Virus record (IMG/VR): IMGVR_UViG_3300010885_018971
Span: 1 to 64,000 of that record
DNA length: 64,000 bases
Reading direction: 5' to 3' (one strand)
From: a virus
Part shown: positions 1-9,589 of the stretch, in pieces
How positions within the stretch are numbered: position 1 is the first letter of the stretch
Layout of the letters: the number at the start of each line of letters is the position of its first letter
Notes under the pieces: model-generated
Database searches by the model: none
Told to the model about the DNA's origin: nothing
Seen by the model: only the letters and a program-made list of their open reading frames with translations
Made by a program: the position numbers and the translations under genes

Positions 1-7
1 CATTCTT

Positions 8-544
8 ATGGGCAATACCTCTCCTAGTATTGAACCTTATAGGGCTAACGCTTATCGCCAAGACACTCTATCGGGTTCTCACCTGAATAAGAATCGTTGG
101 TTGGATAAAGTTATTCAAGATCATTTGTCAGATGACAGTGGAGTCATTAGTCAAAATGAATACAATGATATTTGGTCTTCAATTATTGCCAATGATGGTA
201 GTGTTCAGCACTTGACGTGGATGGATGACTGGACTAAAGATGTATTCAAGACTTCAATGGAGATCGATCAGCGTTGGGTTATTCAACATGCTTCAGATCG
301 TCAAGAGTTTATTGATCAAGCGCAGTCACTGAATGTATTCTTCAGACCAGACAGTCATATTAAATACATCCATGCGGTTCACTTCCAAGCATGGAAACAG
401 GGATTGAAGACAATGTACTACTGCCGAAGTGACAAGATTGCCAAGGCAGATAAAGTATCAAAACGTATTGAGCGTGAAGTAATTAAAGAAATTGACCTAA
501 GAGCGATGGCTGAAGGTAATGAATGTTTAGCGTGCGAGGGATGA
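8..544 (+). CDS. nrdA: Ribonucleotide reductase class Ia alpha subunit, C-terminal part (5'-truncated by window)
   Basis: SPSIEP, IDQAQSLN, GLKTMYY motifs and C-terminal CLACEG; directly upstream of nrdB. Confidence 0.95.
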   Translation: MGNTSPSIEPYRANAYRQDTLSGSHLNKNRWLDKVIQDHLSDDSGVISQNEYNDIWSSIIANDGSVQHLTWMDDWTKDVFKTSMEIDQRWVIQHASDRQEFIDQAQSLNVFFRPDSHIKYIHAVHFQAWKQGLKTMYYCRSDKIAKADKVSKRIEREVIKEIDLRAMAEGNECLACEG

Positions 545-545
545 T

Positions 546-1538
546 ATGGTAAAGAAAAGTAATAGCAGATTAACAGATCAAAGAACATATTTTAAACCAT
601 TCAACTACCCATGGGCTTATGATGCATGGCTGAAGCATGAACAGGCTCACTGGCTTCATACAGAAGTTCCAATGGCTGAAGATGTAAAAGATTGGAAGAA
701 GAAACTTACTGCAGAAGAGAAACAATTCTTAACAAACATCTTTCGTTTCTTTACGCAAGGTGACATTGACGTTGCAGGTGGTTATGTAAATAACTATCTT
801 CCATACTTTCCTCAACCAGAAATCCGTATGATGTTAATGGGGTTTGCTGCACGTGAAGCACTTCACATTGCTGCATATTCTCATCTGATTGAAACTCTTG
901 GTATGCCTGAATCAACTTACAATGAGTTCCTTGAGTATCAAGAGATGAGAGACAAGCATGACTACGTTCTTGAATTATCCAGTAAGAACGGCACCTTAGA
1001 GTCAACTGCAACCCACATTGCCGTGTTCAGTGCATTCACTGAAGGGATGCAGTTGTTCTCTTCCTTTATCATGCTCTTGAATTTCCCTCGCCATGGGATG
1101 ATGAAGGGTATGGGTCAGATTGTTACTTGGTCTATCGTTGATGAAACGATGCATGCTGAGAACATGATTCGTTTATTTAAAGAGTTTATCAAAGAGAACA
1201 ATGAAATCTGGAATGATGATCTAAAGGGTAAAATCTATTCAATTGCTGAAAGGATGGTTGAACTTGAAGATAAGTTCATTGATCTATGTTATCAGGGTGC
1301 TGATATGCGTGAGTTATCATCTACAGATGTAAAACAATATATTCGCTACATTGCCGATCGTCGCCTAATTTCTTTGGGCATGAAAGGTATTTTTAAAGTT
1401 AAACGAAATCCTCTACCATGGGTTGAAGAAATGATCAATGCCCCAGTGCATGGCAATTTCTTTGAGAATCGTGTAACAGATTACGCTAAAGGTGCGTTGT
1501 CTGGAGATTGGGGAGATGTTTGGGCAAAGGCAGCATAA
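546..1538 (+). CDS. nrdB: Ribonucleotide reductase class Ia beta subunit
   Basis: FFTQGD, EALH..AY, EGMQLFSSF, DETMH di-iron motifs; NFFENRVTDY tail. Confidence 0.97.
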   Translation: MVKKSNSRLTDQRTYFKPFNYPWAYDAWLKHEQAHWLHTEVPMAEDVKDWKKKLTAEEKQFLTNIFRFFTQGDIDVAGGYVNNYLPYFPQPEIRMMLMGFAAREALHIAAYSHLIETLGMPESTYNEFLEYQEMRDKHDYVLELSSKNGTLESTATHIAVFSAFTEGMQLFSSFIMLLNFPRHGMMKGMGQIVTWSIVDETMHAENMIRLFKEFIKENNEIWNDDLKGKIYSIAERMVELEDKFIDLCYQGADMRELSSTDVKQYIRYIADRRLISLGMKGIFKVKRNPLPWVEEMINAPVHGNFFENRVTDYAKGALSGDWGDVWAKAA

Positions 1539-2086
1539 TGTTAAAAAATTATATTGTTCATGAGAATTATTGTAATCCAGTTGAATTCTCAATTATTAAA
1601 CAGAATTTTTTGAATGATAGAGATCTATCAATTACTGATAAAGCAGCTGCTACGATTAAAACTGCCAATGTAGATATAGCCCCATGGATGAAATGTAAAA
1701 GATATATGCATCCCATGATTGGAGTCATTTTTGCAACCAATACCAGAGAATTTGGCTTAGATTTATATCAGTTCACTGATTATGATACAGTTAATTTTAA
1801 TAAATACAGTTCAACAAATAATGGTGAATATGCATGGCATAAAGATTCTTCTGATGTTAGTGCTTTATATGATTTAAAATTAACAGCAGTTTTAAATATT
1901 TCATCTGAACCATATGAAGGTGGCGAATTTGAGATGTTCCTAGAAGAACCAACTAGAATTCCTGAAATTGACATACCAGGAAATCTTTTAATATTTCCAT
2001 CTTGGTTATATCATAGAGTTAAGCCAGTAACTAAAGGCACTAGAGAAACTATTTCATTCTGGATCAGTGGTCCAAAGATTAGGTAA
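1538..2086 (+). CDS. 2OG-Fe(II) oxygenase (P4H/PKHD type)
   Basis: WHKD, YEGGE, FPSWLYHRVKPVTKGTR; ATG overlaps nrdB stop (TAATG). Confidence 0.88.
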   Translation: MLKNYIVHENYCNPVEFSIIKQNFLNDRDLSITDKAAATIKTANVDIAPWMKCKRYMHPMIGVIFATNTREFGLDLYQFTDYDTVNFNKYSSTNNGEYAWHKDSSDVSALYDLKLTAVLNISSEPYEGGEFEMFLEEPTRIPEIDIPGNLLIFPSWLYHRVKPVTKGTRETISFWISGPKIR

Positions 2087-2090
2087 AAAT

Positions 2091-2240
2091 ATGGTAACAA
2101 AAGTATTTGAATGCGAACAATGCGGATCGCATGGGAAGATTGTGGTAAAGGGTGACGACCATCGCTACGAAGATATAGTCTACTGTCCTGTTTGTTCTGC
2201 TGATATCTACGAAGAAGAGGAGTTTGACGAGGACGAATAA
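2091..2240 (+). CDS. Small zinc-ribbon protein with acidic tail (49 aa)
   Basis: Read by hand: MVTKVFECEQCG...YCPVCSADIYEEEEFDEDE; two CxxC; fills intergenic gap. Confidence 0.75.
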   Translation: MVTKVFECEQCGSHGKIVVKGDDHRYEDIVYCPVCSADIYEEEEFDEDE

Positions 2241-2249
2241 ATAGTCCAT

Positions 2250-2675
2250 ATGTGGACTTTTAATGACAACATCGTTGACGAATTACCCGAAGACTGTGTT
2301 GGTTTTGTTTATTTGATTACGAACAAAACCAACCACAGGAAGTATGTAGGTAAAAAATTAGCCAAATTCTCAAAGACAACTTACAAGACAGTTACCTTAA
2401 AGAATGGCACCAAGAAGAAAAAGAAAATCAAGTCAAAGATTGACTCTGATTGGATGGAATATTATGGGTCGAGCATTGAATTGAACAAAGATGTTGAAGA
2501 CCTTGGTAAAGAAAACTTTACACGAGAAATACTATATTTTTGTAAATCAAAGGCTGAATGTAGCTACATTGAAGCCAGAGAACAATTCACAAGGAGAGTT
2601 TTGGAATCTACAGATTATTACAACGGACAAATTTCAGTTCGTGTGCATGGATCCCATATCATAAACAAACTATGA
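2250..2675 (+). CDS. GIY-YIG family nuclease
   Basis: GFVYLITN...KYVGKK, YYGSS, downstream E and YYN residues of the GIY-YIG fold. Confidence 0.75.
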   Translation: MWTFNDNIVDELPEDCVGFVYLITNKTNHRKYVGKKLAKFSKTTYKTVTLKNGTKKKKKIKSKIDSDWMEYYGSSIELNKDVEDLGKENFTREILYFCKSKAECSYIEAREQFTRRVLESTDYYNGQISVRVHGSHIINKL

Positions 2676-3733
2676 CATATCTATTATTTTTTACAGCACT
2701 CTCTTTATCGGGTGTGGCTGCTTATTATTCGATCATGGGTTTGGTTGCAATTTTTGCAGCTGCACCTATACCAATTCTTATCATGGGCTCATTGCTGGAA
2801 GCATCTAAATTAGTAGTTGCTTCTTGGTTATATCGCTCATGGAAAGAAATACCCATGCTAATGAAAAGTTACTTTACAGTGGCATTGGTAGTTTTGATGA
2901 TACTCACCTCAATGGGTATTTTTGGTTATCTATCAAAAGCGCATTTAGACCAGGCAATCCCGTCTGGAGATTTTGTTGCTAAATTATCACTCATTGACGA
3001 GAAAATTAAAACCGAAAAGGAGAACTTAAATGCAAGCCGTAAAGAACTTAATCAATTGGATGTTCAAGTCGACCAAACCATCAGTAGAACCACCGAAGCC
3101 AGTGGAGCAGAGCGAGCCATTGCCATCCGCAGAGGTCAGCAAAGAGATCGTGCCAGAATCCTTACCGAAATCGGCACCACGCAAACCAAGATCGCCAAAC
3201 TCAACGAAGAACGTGCGCCCATCGCCAGTGAAGTCCGTAAAGTCGAAGCCGAAGTCGGTCCAATAAAATACATTGCAGCATTGCTGTATGGAGATAACCC
3301 AGAGATCGATGTTTTAGAAAAAGCAGTTCGCTGGGTTATCATCATGATTGTTATCGTTTTTGACCCATTGGCAGTTTTAATGCTTATAGCGGCAAACTGG
3401 CAGTTACGTCAAAATAGGCTATTACCGAAACCAGAAGTGGTTGAAGAAGAGCCAAAAGAACCATTAACATGGCTCAAAATAACTGACAAAATCAATATTA
3501 AAGACATCTTTAATAAGAAGGTACAGCCACTCCCAGCTGAAGCCAAAGAAATTATAACTGAGTTTTTCCAGAAAGAAGAACCAGTGGGAGAAGTTAAAAA
3601 AACCAAAACTGTTAGGCATAACACAGAATATGACGCCAATGGAAGGGTCATGGGTTCAACTCACAAACATAAACTTGATGATACCATTGAAAAGAGCGTG
3701 GAAGATCTTCAGAAAGGTGATCTTCCTAAATAA
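2672..3733 (+). CDS. Membrane protein, several TM helices flanking a long coiled coil
   Basis: Three N-terminal hydrophobic segments, heptad-rich middle, TM with FDPLA. Confidence 0.75.
   Translation: MTYLLFFTALSLSGVAAYYSIMGLVAIFAAAPIPILIMGSLLEASKLVVASWLYRSWKEIPMLMKSYFTVALVVLMILTSMGIFGYLSKAHLDQAIPSGDFVAKLSLIDEKIKTEKENLNASRKELNQLDVQVDQTISRTTEASGAERAIAIRRGQQRDRARILTEIGTTQTKIAKLNEERAPIASEVRKVEAEVGPIKYIAALLYGDNPEIDVLEKAVRWVIIMIVIVFDPLAVLMLIAANWQLRQNRLLPKPEVVEEEPKEPLTWLKITDKINIKDIFNKKVQPLPAEAKEIITEFFQKEEPVGEVKKTKTVRHNTEYDANGRVMGSTHKHKLDDTIEKSVEDLQKGDLPK
3030..3266 (+). CDS. Possible overprinted Pro/Lys/Ser-rich protein nested in +1 frame
   Basis: AAGGAG 7 nt before ATG; compositional shift across the overlap. 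Confidence 0.4.
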   Translation: MQAVKNLINWMFKSTKPSVEPPKPVEQSEPLPSAEVSKEIVPESLPKSAPRKPRSPNSTKNVRPSPVKSVKSKPKSVQ

Positions 3734-3822
3734 ATAAGTGTCCAATTCTACGATTCTTTAATATTGGTAGTTAGTGTTTTTCGTGGGTGAATTTGTTATG
3801 TTTAAAATAACAGAAAGCAAAC

Positions 3823-4557
3823 ATGAAAACGCCAGTAAAAAAAGCACCAGTAAAAAGAGTTGCGGTGAAGAAACCGCCAGTCAAAAAAGTAGCGCCAACC
3901 AGACGCACTAAAACACCCCCAGCACCTATTGTCATTGACGTTAGTAGTACTACTAAATCAGCGTCATCGATGCTTGACAAGGCTATCGATTTAATCAAAT
4001 GGGTTGACAGCCCCTTTAAATTATTTGAAGTTATCCTGTTGGCCAGTGTGTTCTTCTTTGGTTATTTTGCCTGGGACAGTAGAACTGTTATTCTAGATGC
4101 AATAACACAAAGCAGCAAGGTGACCAATCTTAAAGAAGTAAATCATCTTATACCAGTTGCTGCTAGTCTACAAAAAGACCTAGAAGCAGTAACTGTGGTT
4201 GTACACAAAGCTGCTTTGGTAGTTAACACCCGAACAACCATGTTGTCCTTTGGTCCAAAAGGGAGAGACAACACATTAGACGGATTAGTTACCAGTTTGT
4301 TCAACAAAGATCCTGGACGTAATGCTGCAATTATTGGTATGCTCAATGGCGAGGTCACCTGCGATAAACTAGAAGGTACTAGCAAGTCTTCCGAGTGGGA
4401 AGCAAAACAAGGTGCTACATTTATCTGCCGTGGAGGTATTCCTCCGGAAGTCGGCGACTTTGATGGATATGTAGCAGTTGGATTTAAAACAGAACCAGCT
4501 GACCTAAGTGTGGTCAAGACTAGAATTAATCTAGCTACCGCTGACATGTCGCAATGA
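3823..4557 (+). CDS. Putative T4 gpT-like holin (basic N-terminus, single TM, GAF-like C-terminal domain)
   Basis: Topology and C-terminal C..IP....G.V.V.F pattern resemble T holin; no search run. Confidence 0.45.
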   Translation: MKTPVKKAPVKRVAVKKPPVKKVAPTRRTKTPPAPIVIDVSSTTKSASSMLDKAIDLIKWVDSPFKLFEVILLASVFFFGYFAWDSRTVILDAITQSSKVTNLKEVNHLIPVAASLQKDLEAVTVVVHKAALVVNTRTTMLSFGPKGRDNTLDGLVTSLFNKDPGRNAAIIGMLNGEVTCDKLEGTSKSSEWEAKQGATFICRGGIPPEVGDFDGYVAVGFKTEPADLSVVKTRINLATADMSQ

Positions 4558-4895
4558 AATGGATAATAGTATTTTTATTATCATTTCTGAGTATATCTAG
4601 TTTAAGTCAATCGTGTGATGATTGCATAGGTGGAGTTGTTGCTACAGATACTAATACTTGTTTGGTATCTAATTTTTATAACATTGCACATTCAATACAT
4701 GATCCTGGTTTACGCCACCAACAATTATCATTATGGTTAACAACAAATGGAAACAGGTGTGATAGTAAGCAACTTATCTTAATTTGGAATAGACTTGCTG
4801 AGTGGGGTGGGGCATCTGACTCAGCAGAATTGCGAGGGAAACTTCTTTATTATTTTTCTAGTGCTGAGGAGAGAGAACGTAAAGGAAAATCATAA
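4554..4895 (+). CDS. Exported Cys-containing protein
   Basis: Signal peptide MKWIIVFLLSFLSISSLS; four Cys; overlaps previous stop. Confidence 0.6.
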   Translation: MKWIIVFLLSFLSISSLSQSCDDCIGGVVATDTNTCLVSNFYNIAHSIHDPGLRHQQLSLWLTTNGNRCDSKQLILIWNRLAEWGGASDSAELRGKLLYYFSSAEERERKGKS

Positions 4896-5128
4896 TGGAT
4901 GGGATAACATGGTTCCCAATAGTTGCACCTAGTTACGCAAATGTAGATGGTATATTAGCTGATGTGCACGCTAAAAAAAATGAAGAACGCTGGGATGAAT
5001 ACAATAAACAGTTAATTGAAAAAATACATTTAAGAGATTATCTGTATGACATATATTTAAAAAGAGCACACGAAAAACAAATACGCATGGAAATTTTTAA
5101 TGTGAGTAGTATTGATTTGTATGTATAG
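4895..5128 (+). CDS. Hypothetical protein
   Basis: Translationally coupled ORF in operon. Confidence 0.6.
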   Translation: MDGITWFPIVAPSYANVDGILADVHAKKNEERWDEYNKQLIEKIHLRDYLYDIYLKRAHEKQIRMEIFNVSSIDLYV

Positions 5129-5902
5129 ATGGATCCATTAACATTATTTGCACTTGCTAATGCCGCAGTATCTGCTGTAAAAAAAGGATGTCAGTTATAT
5201 AAGGACATCAAAGGTGCTGCAGGCGACGTGAGGGCTGTTCTGAAAGATCTTGATGATCAGTTTGCCAACAATCACAAAGAGAAGCCAGCCACAGTAACGC
5301 AAAGAAATGCTTACGTAGAAGAAAAGAATCGTGTCATTGAGTTGAATAAACGAGATGGTGAGACTGCTGGAATTTATACTGAGATTGGTAATCATCTTGG
5401 CGAATATTATGATAACCTAAACAAATGTATGGCTATCTTTGCTGAAGAAGAACGTCGCAGCAAAACTGAAATTTATCAAGGTGATGATAGTTTGGGTAAA
5501 CGTGCTCTACAGCGTGTTTTATTGCGTAAACAGTTGGAACAGATGGGCACAGAATTGCGTGAATTGATGGTATACCAAAGCCCACCAGAACTTGGTGCTC
5601 TTTATACTGAAGTGGAAGAGATGATGCTAGTACTTGGTAAGGAACAGAAAATCCTTATTTCAATACAAATGCAAAAAGAAGCAATTCAGCAAAAAAGACG
5701 TGCATCTAGGATGAAACAATTACAGGAAGAATTTATAATTGGTATTTTTATTATGGTAATAATATTTTCTATGGGCGGTATGTTTATGTATGTAGCCTAT
5801 GATCGCCAGCAAAAGTATCCACAGTATGGTGATGGTTTGTTTCCTAAATCTGAAATGCAAAAGAAAAAAGAATCTGAAAAACAAATTTATGTAGGCAGAT
5901 AA
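5129..5902 (+). CDS. Helical protein with C-terminal TM anchor
   Basis: MDPLTL start, coiled-coil body, hydrophobic FIIGIFIMVIIFSMGGMFMYV. Confidence 0.7.
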   Translation: MDPLTLFALANAAVSAVKKGCQLYKDIKGAAGDVRAVLKDLDDQFANNHKEKPATVTQRNAYVEEKNRVIELNKRDGETAGIYTEIGNHLGEYYDNLNKCMAIFAEEERRSKTEIYQGDDSLGKRALQRVLLRKQLEQMGTELRELMVYQSPPELGALYTEVEEMMLVLGKEQKILISIQMQKEAIQQKRRASRMKQLQEEFIIGIFIMVIIFSMGGMFMYVAYDRQQKYPQYGDGLFPKSEMQKKKESEKQIYVGR

Positions 5903-5937
5903 ATATAGGGTGTATGATAAACACTAAAGGAAAATAA

Positions 5938-6663
5938 ATGCAAAAACCTGAATTATTGATATTTGCTAACATAGCTGCAATTACCTACGAAGAACCAAAA
6001 ACAGCTAAAACTAAATTCAAAGCCATTGGGTGCACTATTGTTGAATTTTTTGATATTGATAATGCGCAAGCATATCTTCTTAAAAACAATGATGGTATAC
6101 ACATATTAAGTTTTAGAGGTACAGAAGTTACTGAACCATCGGACATATTAGCTGATTTAAAAGCTGGTAAGAATATTGAAGCCATTGGTGGTAAAATCCA
6201 CGTAGGATTCAAAGGTGAGATCAACAAGTTATGGCCAGCCATAGAAAAAGCTGTTTCTGACATCAATAGCCTTTATGTTACAGGTCATAGTCTTGGTGCT
6301 GCAATGGCAACAATTGCTTCAGGCAGAATGCAGTCAAAGGTTCTGGCATTGGTAACATTTGGATCACCAAGAGTGGGTAACAAAGAATACGTTAATAGCC
6401 TAACAGTTAAACACTATAGAGTACAAAATAACTGTGATGATGTTACCAAAGTTCCTTTTCTGTTGATGGGGTTTAAACATCACGGAACTCATATGTATAT
6501 GAATTACTACGGTGCATTTAGAAACCTAACAGCTTGGCAACAAATAAAAGACATGGTTCGTAGCAGAGTAAAAGCGTATACAAAGGGACAAAAATTCCTT
6601 GGTGCATACGATCACATGATGGATAACTATATCGCCAAATTAGGAAAATTCGGCGAAGAATAA
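5938..6663 (+). CDS. Lipase class 3 (alpha/beta hydrolase)
   Basis: FRGT, H.GF, VTGHSLGAA nucleophile elbow, TFGSPRVG, D.VT.VP, C-terminal His. Confidence 0.92.
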   Translation: MQKPELLIFANIAAITYEEPKTAKTKFKAIGCTIVEFFDIDNAQAYLLKNNDGIHILSFRGTEVTEPSDILADLKAGKNIEAIGGKIHVGFKGEINKLWPAIEKAVSDINSLYVTGHSLGAAMATIASGRMQSKVLALVTFGSPRVGNKEYVNSLTVKHYRVQNNCDDVTKVPFLLMGFKHHGTHMYMNYYGAFRNLTAWQQIKDMVRSRVKAYTKGQKFLGAYDHMMDNYIAKLGKFGEE

Positions 6664-6671
6664 AATTAAAT

Positions 6672-7439
6672 ATGACAAAATATCGATCAATCTTCATAAG
6701 TGATGTGCACTTAGGTACTCGTGATTGTCAGGCGGATAAACTAAATAATTTTCTTAAGAATAATAAGTGCGATACTTTATATCTCGTTGGTGATATTATA
6801 GACGCATGGAGAATCCAACAAAACAAATGGCGTTGGAAACAATCACACACTAATGTAGTTCGTAGAGTTCTTGGTCATGCCAAGCGTGGAACTAGAGTGG
6901 TGTATATAGCAGGTAATCATGATGAGTTTTTAAGACCTATGATGCCTTATGGATTTAGTTTTGGGTTAGTGGAAATACACAATCAAATAGAACATATAGG
7001 TGCTGATGGCAATCACTACCTAGTGACACATGGTGACTTATTTGACGGTATTACGAGACTAGCTCCATGGATTAGTTTTTTGGGAGACAAAGCATATGAT
7101 TTCATTCTATCGATCAATAGTAAGTTCAATTGGATACGCCATCGTTTTGGTTTTGGGTATTTTAGTCTTAGCCAATATCTTAAGCACAGAGTAAAGAAAG
7201 CTGTAGATTTTATTTTCCAATTTGAAAAGAATCTAGCAGCATATTGCAATAAAAGAGGGTTTGATGGTGTCATCTGTGGACACATACATCACGCTGAAAT
7301 TAAAAATATTGATGGCATCATTTATATGAATGATGGTGATTGGGTTGAAAGCTGTACTGCACTCGTTGAACATTATGATGGTCGATGGGAAATTATCACT
7401 TGGACGAAAGATAAAGACGATGAACCCATCATTGAGTAA
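6672..7439 (+). CDS. plcP: PlcP-like phospholipase C / UDP-2,3-diacylglucosamine hydrolase-family metallophosphoesterase
   Basis: ISDVHLG, LVGDIIDAW, GNHDE, HGDLFD, GHIH, NDGDWVESCTALVE. Confidence 0.75.
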   Translation: MTKYRSIFISDVHLGTRDCQADKLNNFLKNNKCDTLYLVGDIIDAWRIQQNKWRWKQSHTNVVRRVLGHAKRGTRVVYIAGNHDEFLRPMMPYGFSFGLVEIHNQIEHIGADGNHYLVTHGDLFDGITRLAPWISFLGDKAYDFILSINSKFNWIRHRFGFGYFSLSQYLKHRVKKAVDFIFQFEKNLAAYCNKRGFDGVICGHIHHAEIKNIDGIIYMNDGDWVESCTALVEHYDGRWEIITWTKDKDDEPIIE

Positions 7440-8136
7440 CAAAATAACAATTGTTGTTCCATGTAAAAATGAAGAGAATTATATTTCTTATTTATTGGAA
7501 CACCTGAAAAATCAAAGTATTGGCGATACCAGAATAATTATTGCAGATTGTTCAACTGATAACACAAGAGAAGTTATCAATTCAAACAAAGGCGATTTGA
7601 ATGTTGAGATTATTGATGGTGGATTAGTTTCTATTGCTAAAAATAATGGTGCCAAATTAGTAACAACGCCATACGTATTATTCATAGACAGTGATGTCAG
7701 GTTTTTCTCTGACACAGTTATAAGTGATTCTGTTGTGGAAATGGAATCAAATAACTTAGATCTTATTGGACTTTATATTAAATGTTATGATAACAGTAAA
7801 CGAGCCAAAATAGGATTTATGATTTTTAATTTTATAAACAATATTATGAAATACAAAGTTCCATTTGCTGTTGGCGCATTCATGTTAACTCGTAAAGATA
7901 GATTTGATGAGTTTGGTGGATTTTCTGAATTATATGAAACAAGTGAAGATTTCTTTCTGTCAAAACAATATGATCCTAAAAAGTTTAAATTAGTAAAACA
8001 CTATTTCGGACAAGATAGTAGAAGATTTCAAAAAATGGGATACTTTGGCATGGCATGGTATTTGATCAAAAACTTTTGGAACAGAAACAACGAAAAGTAT
8101 TGGGACAAGATAGACTACTCCAAGTACTGGAAGTGA
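7420..8136 (+). CDS. Glycosyltransferase family 2
   Basis: IVVPCKNEE, DCSTDNT, FIDSD (DxD), SED. Confidence 0.9.
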   Translation: MNPSLSNKITIVVPCKNEENYISYLLEHLKNQSIGDTRIIIADCSTDNTREVINSNKGDLNVEIIDGGLVSIAKNNGAKLVTTPYVLFIDSDVRFFSDTVISDSVVEMESNNLDLIGLYIKCYDNSKRAKIGFMIFNFINNIMKYKVPFAVGAFMLTRKDRFDEFGGFSELYETSEDFFLSKQYDPKKFKLVKHYFGQDSRRFQKMGYFGMAWYLIKNFWNRNNEKYWDKIDYSKYWK

Positions 8137-8811
8137 ATGAAAACTCTTGCTTTGTTTGTGCGTCATCCTGAATGTTCTACGGATTGCGCATATGCAATGG
8201 TTCATGCTTTGTCCTCTGATTATCAGATAAGAATTTTTGAAGAAATGGAATTGGATGATGATGACTTCTTTAACCATCTTGATGTTATTGCTTTTCCTGG
8301 TGGGATCGGCGATAGCGACACATATCCTAATTTCTTCACTAGAAGGAGAGCGAATCGAATCGCCAGATTCTTGGATTGTGGTGGTCACTATCTTGGCATA
8401 TGCATGGGTGCTTATTGGGCTGGAAGTAGGTACTTCGATATACTTGATGGTGTCGATCCTGTTCAATATATAAAACAACCAAATGCTGATATAAAACGAA
8501 GCTACAGTACTGTAGCTTCAGTTACATGGAAAGATCAAAACGAAAAAATGTTCTTCTATGATGGATGCGCTCTTGTTGGAGATGATAGTACTTTTAAGAC
8601 AATTGCAAGATATGCAAATGGTGATCCCATGGCCATTATACAGGGAAGAATCGGTTTGATAGGATGCCATCCAGAGGCAGCGTTGTACTGGTACGAAAAA
8701 CCTCGGCAGTACCTAAATAAGCACTGGAACGATGGTCGGAACCATAAACTTTTGCTGGATTTTGTGAACGACCTCACTGACACTCCTGTAGTCGGGAAAA
8801 AACCCTTATAA
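8137..8811 (+). CDS. Class I glutamine amidotransferase-like (BPL_N type) protein
   Basis: FPGG, YLGICMGAY nucleophile Cys, HPE. Confidence 0.8.
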   Translation: MKTLALFVRHPECSTDCAYAMVHALSSDYQIRIFEEMELDDDDFFNHLDVIAFPGGIGDSDTYPNFFTRRRANRIARFLDCGGHYLGICMGAYWAGSRYFDILDGVDPVQYIKQPNADIKRSYSTVASVTWKDQNEKMFFYDGCALVGDDSTFKTIARYANGDPMAIIQGRIGLIGCHPEAALYWYEKPRQYLNKHWNDGRNHKLLLDFVNDLTDTPVVGKKPL

Positions 8812-8830
8812 ATCAACAACTTACGCAATC

Positions 8831-8889
8831 CCCTCAGAAGTTGAGGGGATCAAATATCGCTTGCCTTTAATTGCAGGGTGGGGTATAAT
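8831..8889 (+). promoter_or_regulatory. Phage early sigma70-type promoter with upstream CCCT-N9-AGGG dyad
   Basis: TTGCCT 8861, 17 bp spacer, TATAAT 8884; motif family repeated many times in window. Confidence 0.85.
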
Positions 8890-8919
8890 TATTGTATGAT
8901 GAATGAAAAAGGAATCGTT

Positions 8920-9177
8920 ATGAAACAGTTGAATGCCTATATCGCCAAAATGAACCAGTGGAACGCCATCTTCAAAGGTGAGCAGTTCGAGATCCAAACT
9001 GCAAAGGGTCGCCAGCGTCTGGCTGACCGCATCGATGCTGACCTCAGTCCTGAAAACCTTACTTGCGATGGTGAACTTCCACGCAGTGTGGTGCAAGCGA
9101 AGTATCGGGAACTGACTGCTGTTGCTCGCCAACTTAAACAGTTGGATCCCTCAGTGAAATTTTATGAATTTGAATAA
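8920..9177 (+). CDS. Early hypothetical protein
   Basis: First ORF after promoter; AAAGGA RBS; C-ending codon bias. Confidence 0.75.
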   Translation: MKQLNAYIAKMNQWNAIFKGEQFEIQTAKGRQRLADRIDADLSPENLTCDGELPRSVVQAKYRELTAVARQLKQLDPSVKFYEFE

Positions 9178-9348
9178 GGAGTTAGTTGGTGATTTTAGAT
9201 AATACTATCGCTGTGCTTAGGAAAACAATAACTGGTAAACCTAGTTATACCAAAAAATTATTAAAAGAAATGACACGTTGTGGGTGGAAGATTGCAAAAT
9301 CTCATGCTCATCCTGATGGAACTTTCACTTATGTTTTGGAGTTGTGAT

Positions 9349-9588
9349 ATGACAGAAACTACTAATTTCAACGGTAAAGTTTATAATTCTCGCCATGGCG
9401 GTCCATTTGATCGTGGATCTGCTGATAGTTACTATCATCGTGAACGTCGCCCACATTTCTTTAGTGGAGCAACTTACATGGATGATGAGATTGAAGAACG
9501 ATTCATGACCAAAGTGCAGATTCAAGAATATCTTGCTGGCTATGAATACAATGAGCAATTCGGTGATAAAAAAGATTGGGGTTATTAA
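9349..9588 (+). CDS. Hypothetical phage protein (HGGPFDRGSADSYY motif)
   Basis: ORF with GGAG RBS. Confidence 0.7.
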   Translation: MTETTNFNGKVYNSRHGGPFDRGSADSYYHRERRPHFFSGATYMDDEIEERFMTKVQIQEYLAGYEYNEQFGDKKDWGY

Positions 9589-9589
9589 A

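Noticed and set aside
1-1538. Intron or intein in nrdA/nrdB
   Set aside because: nrdB is continuous at normal length and the visible part of nrdA is uninterrupted.
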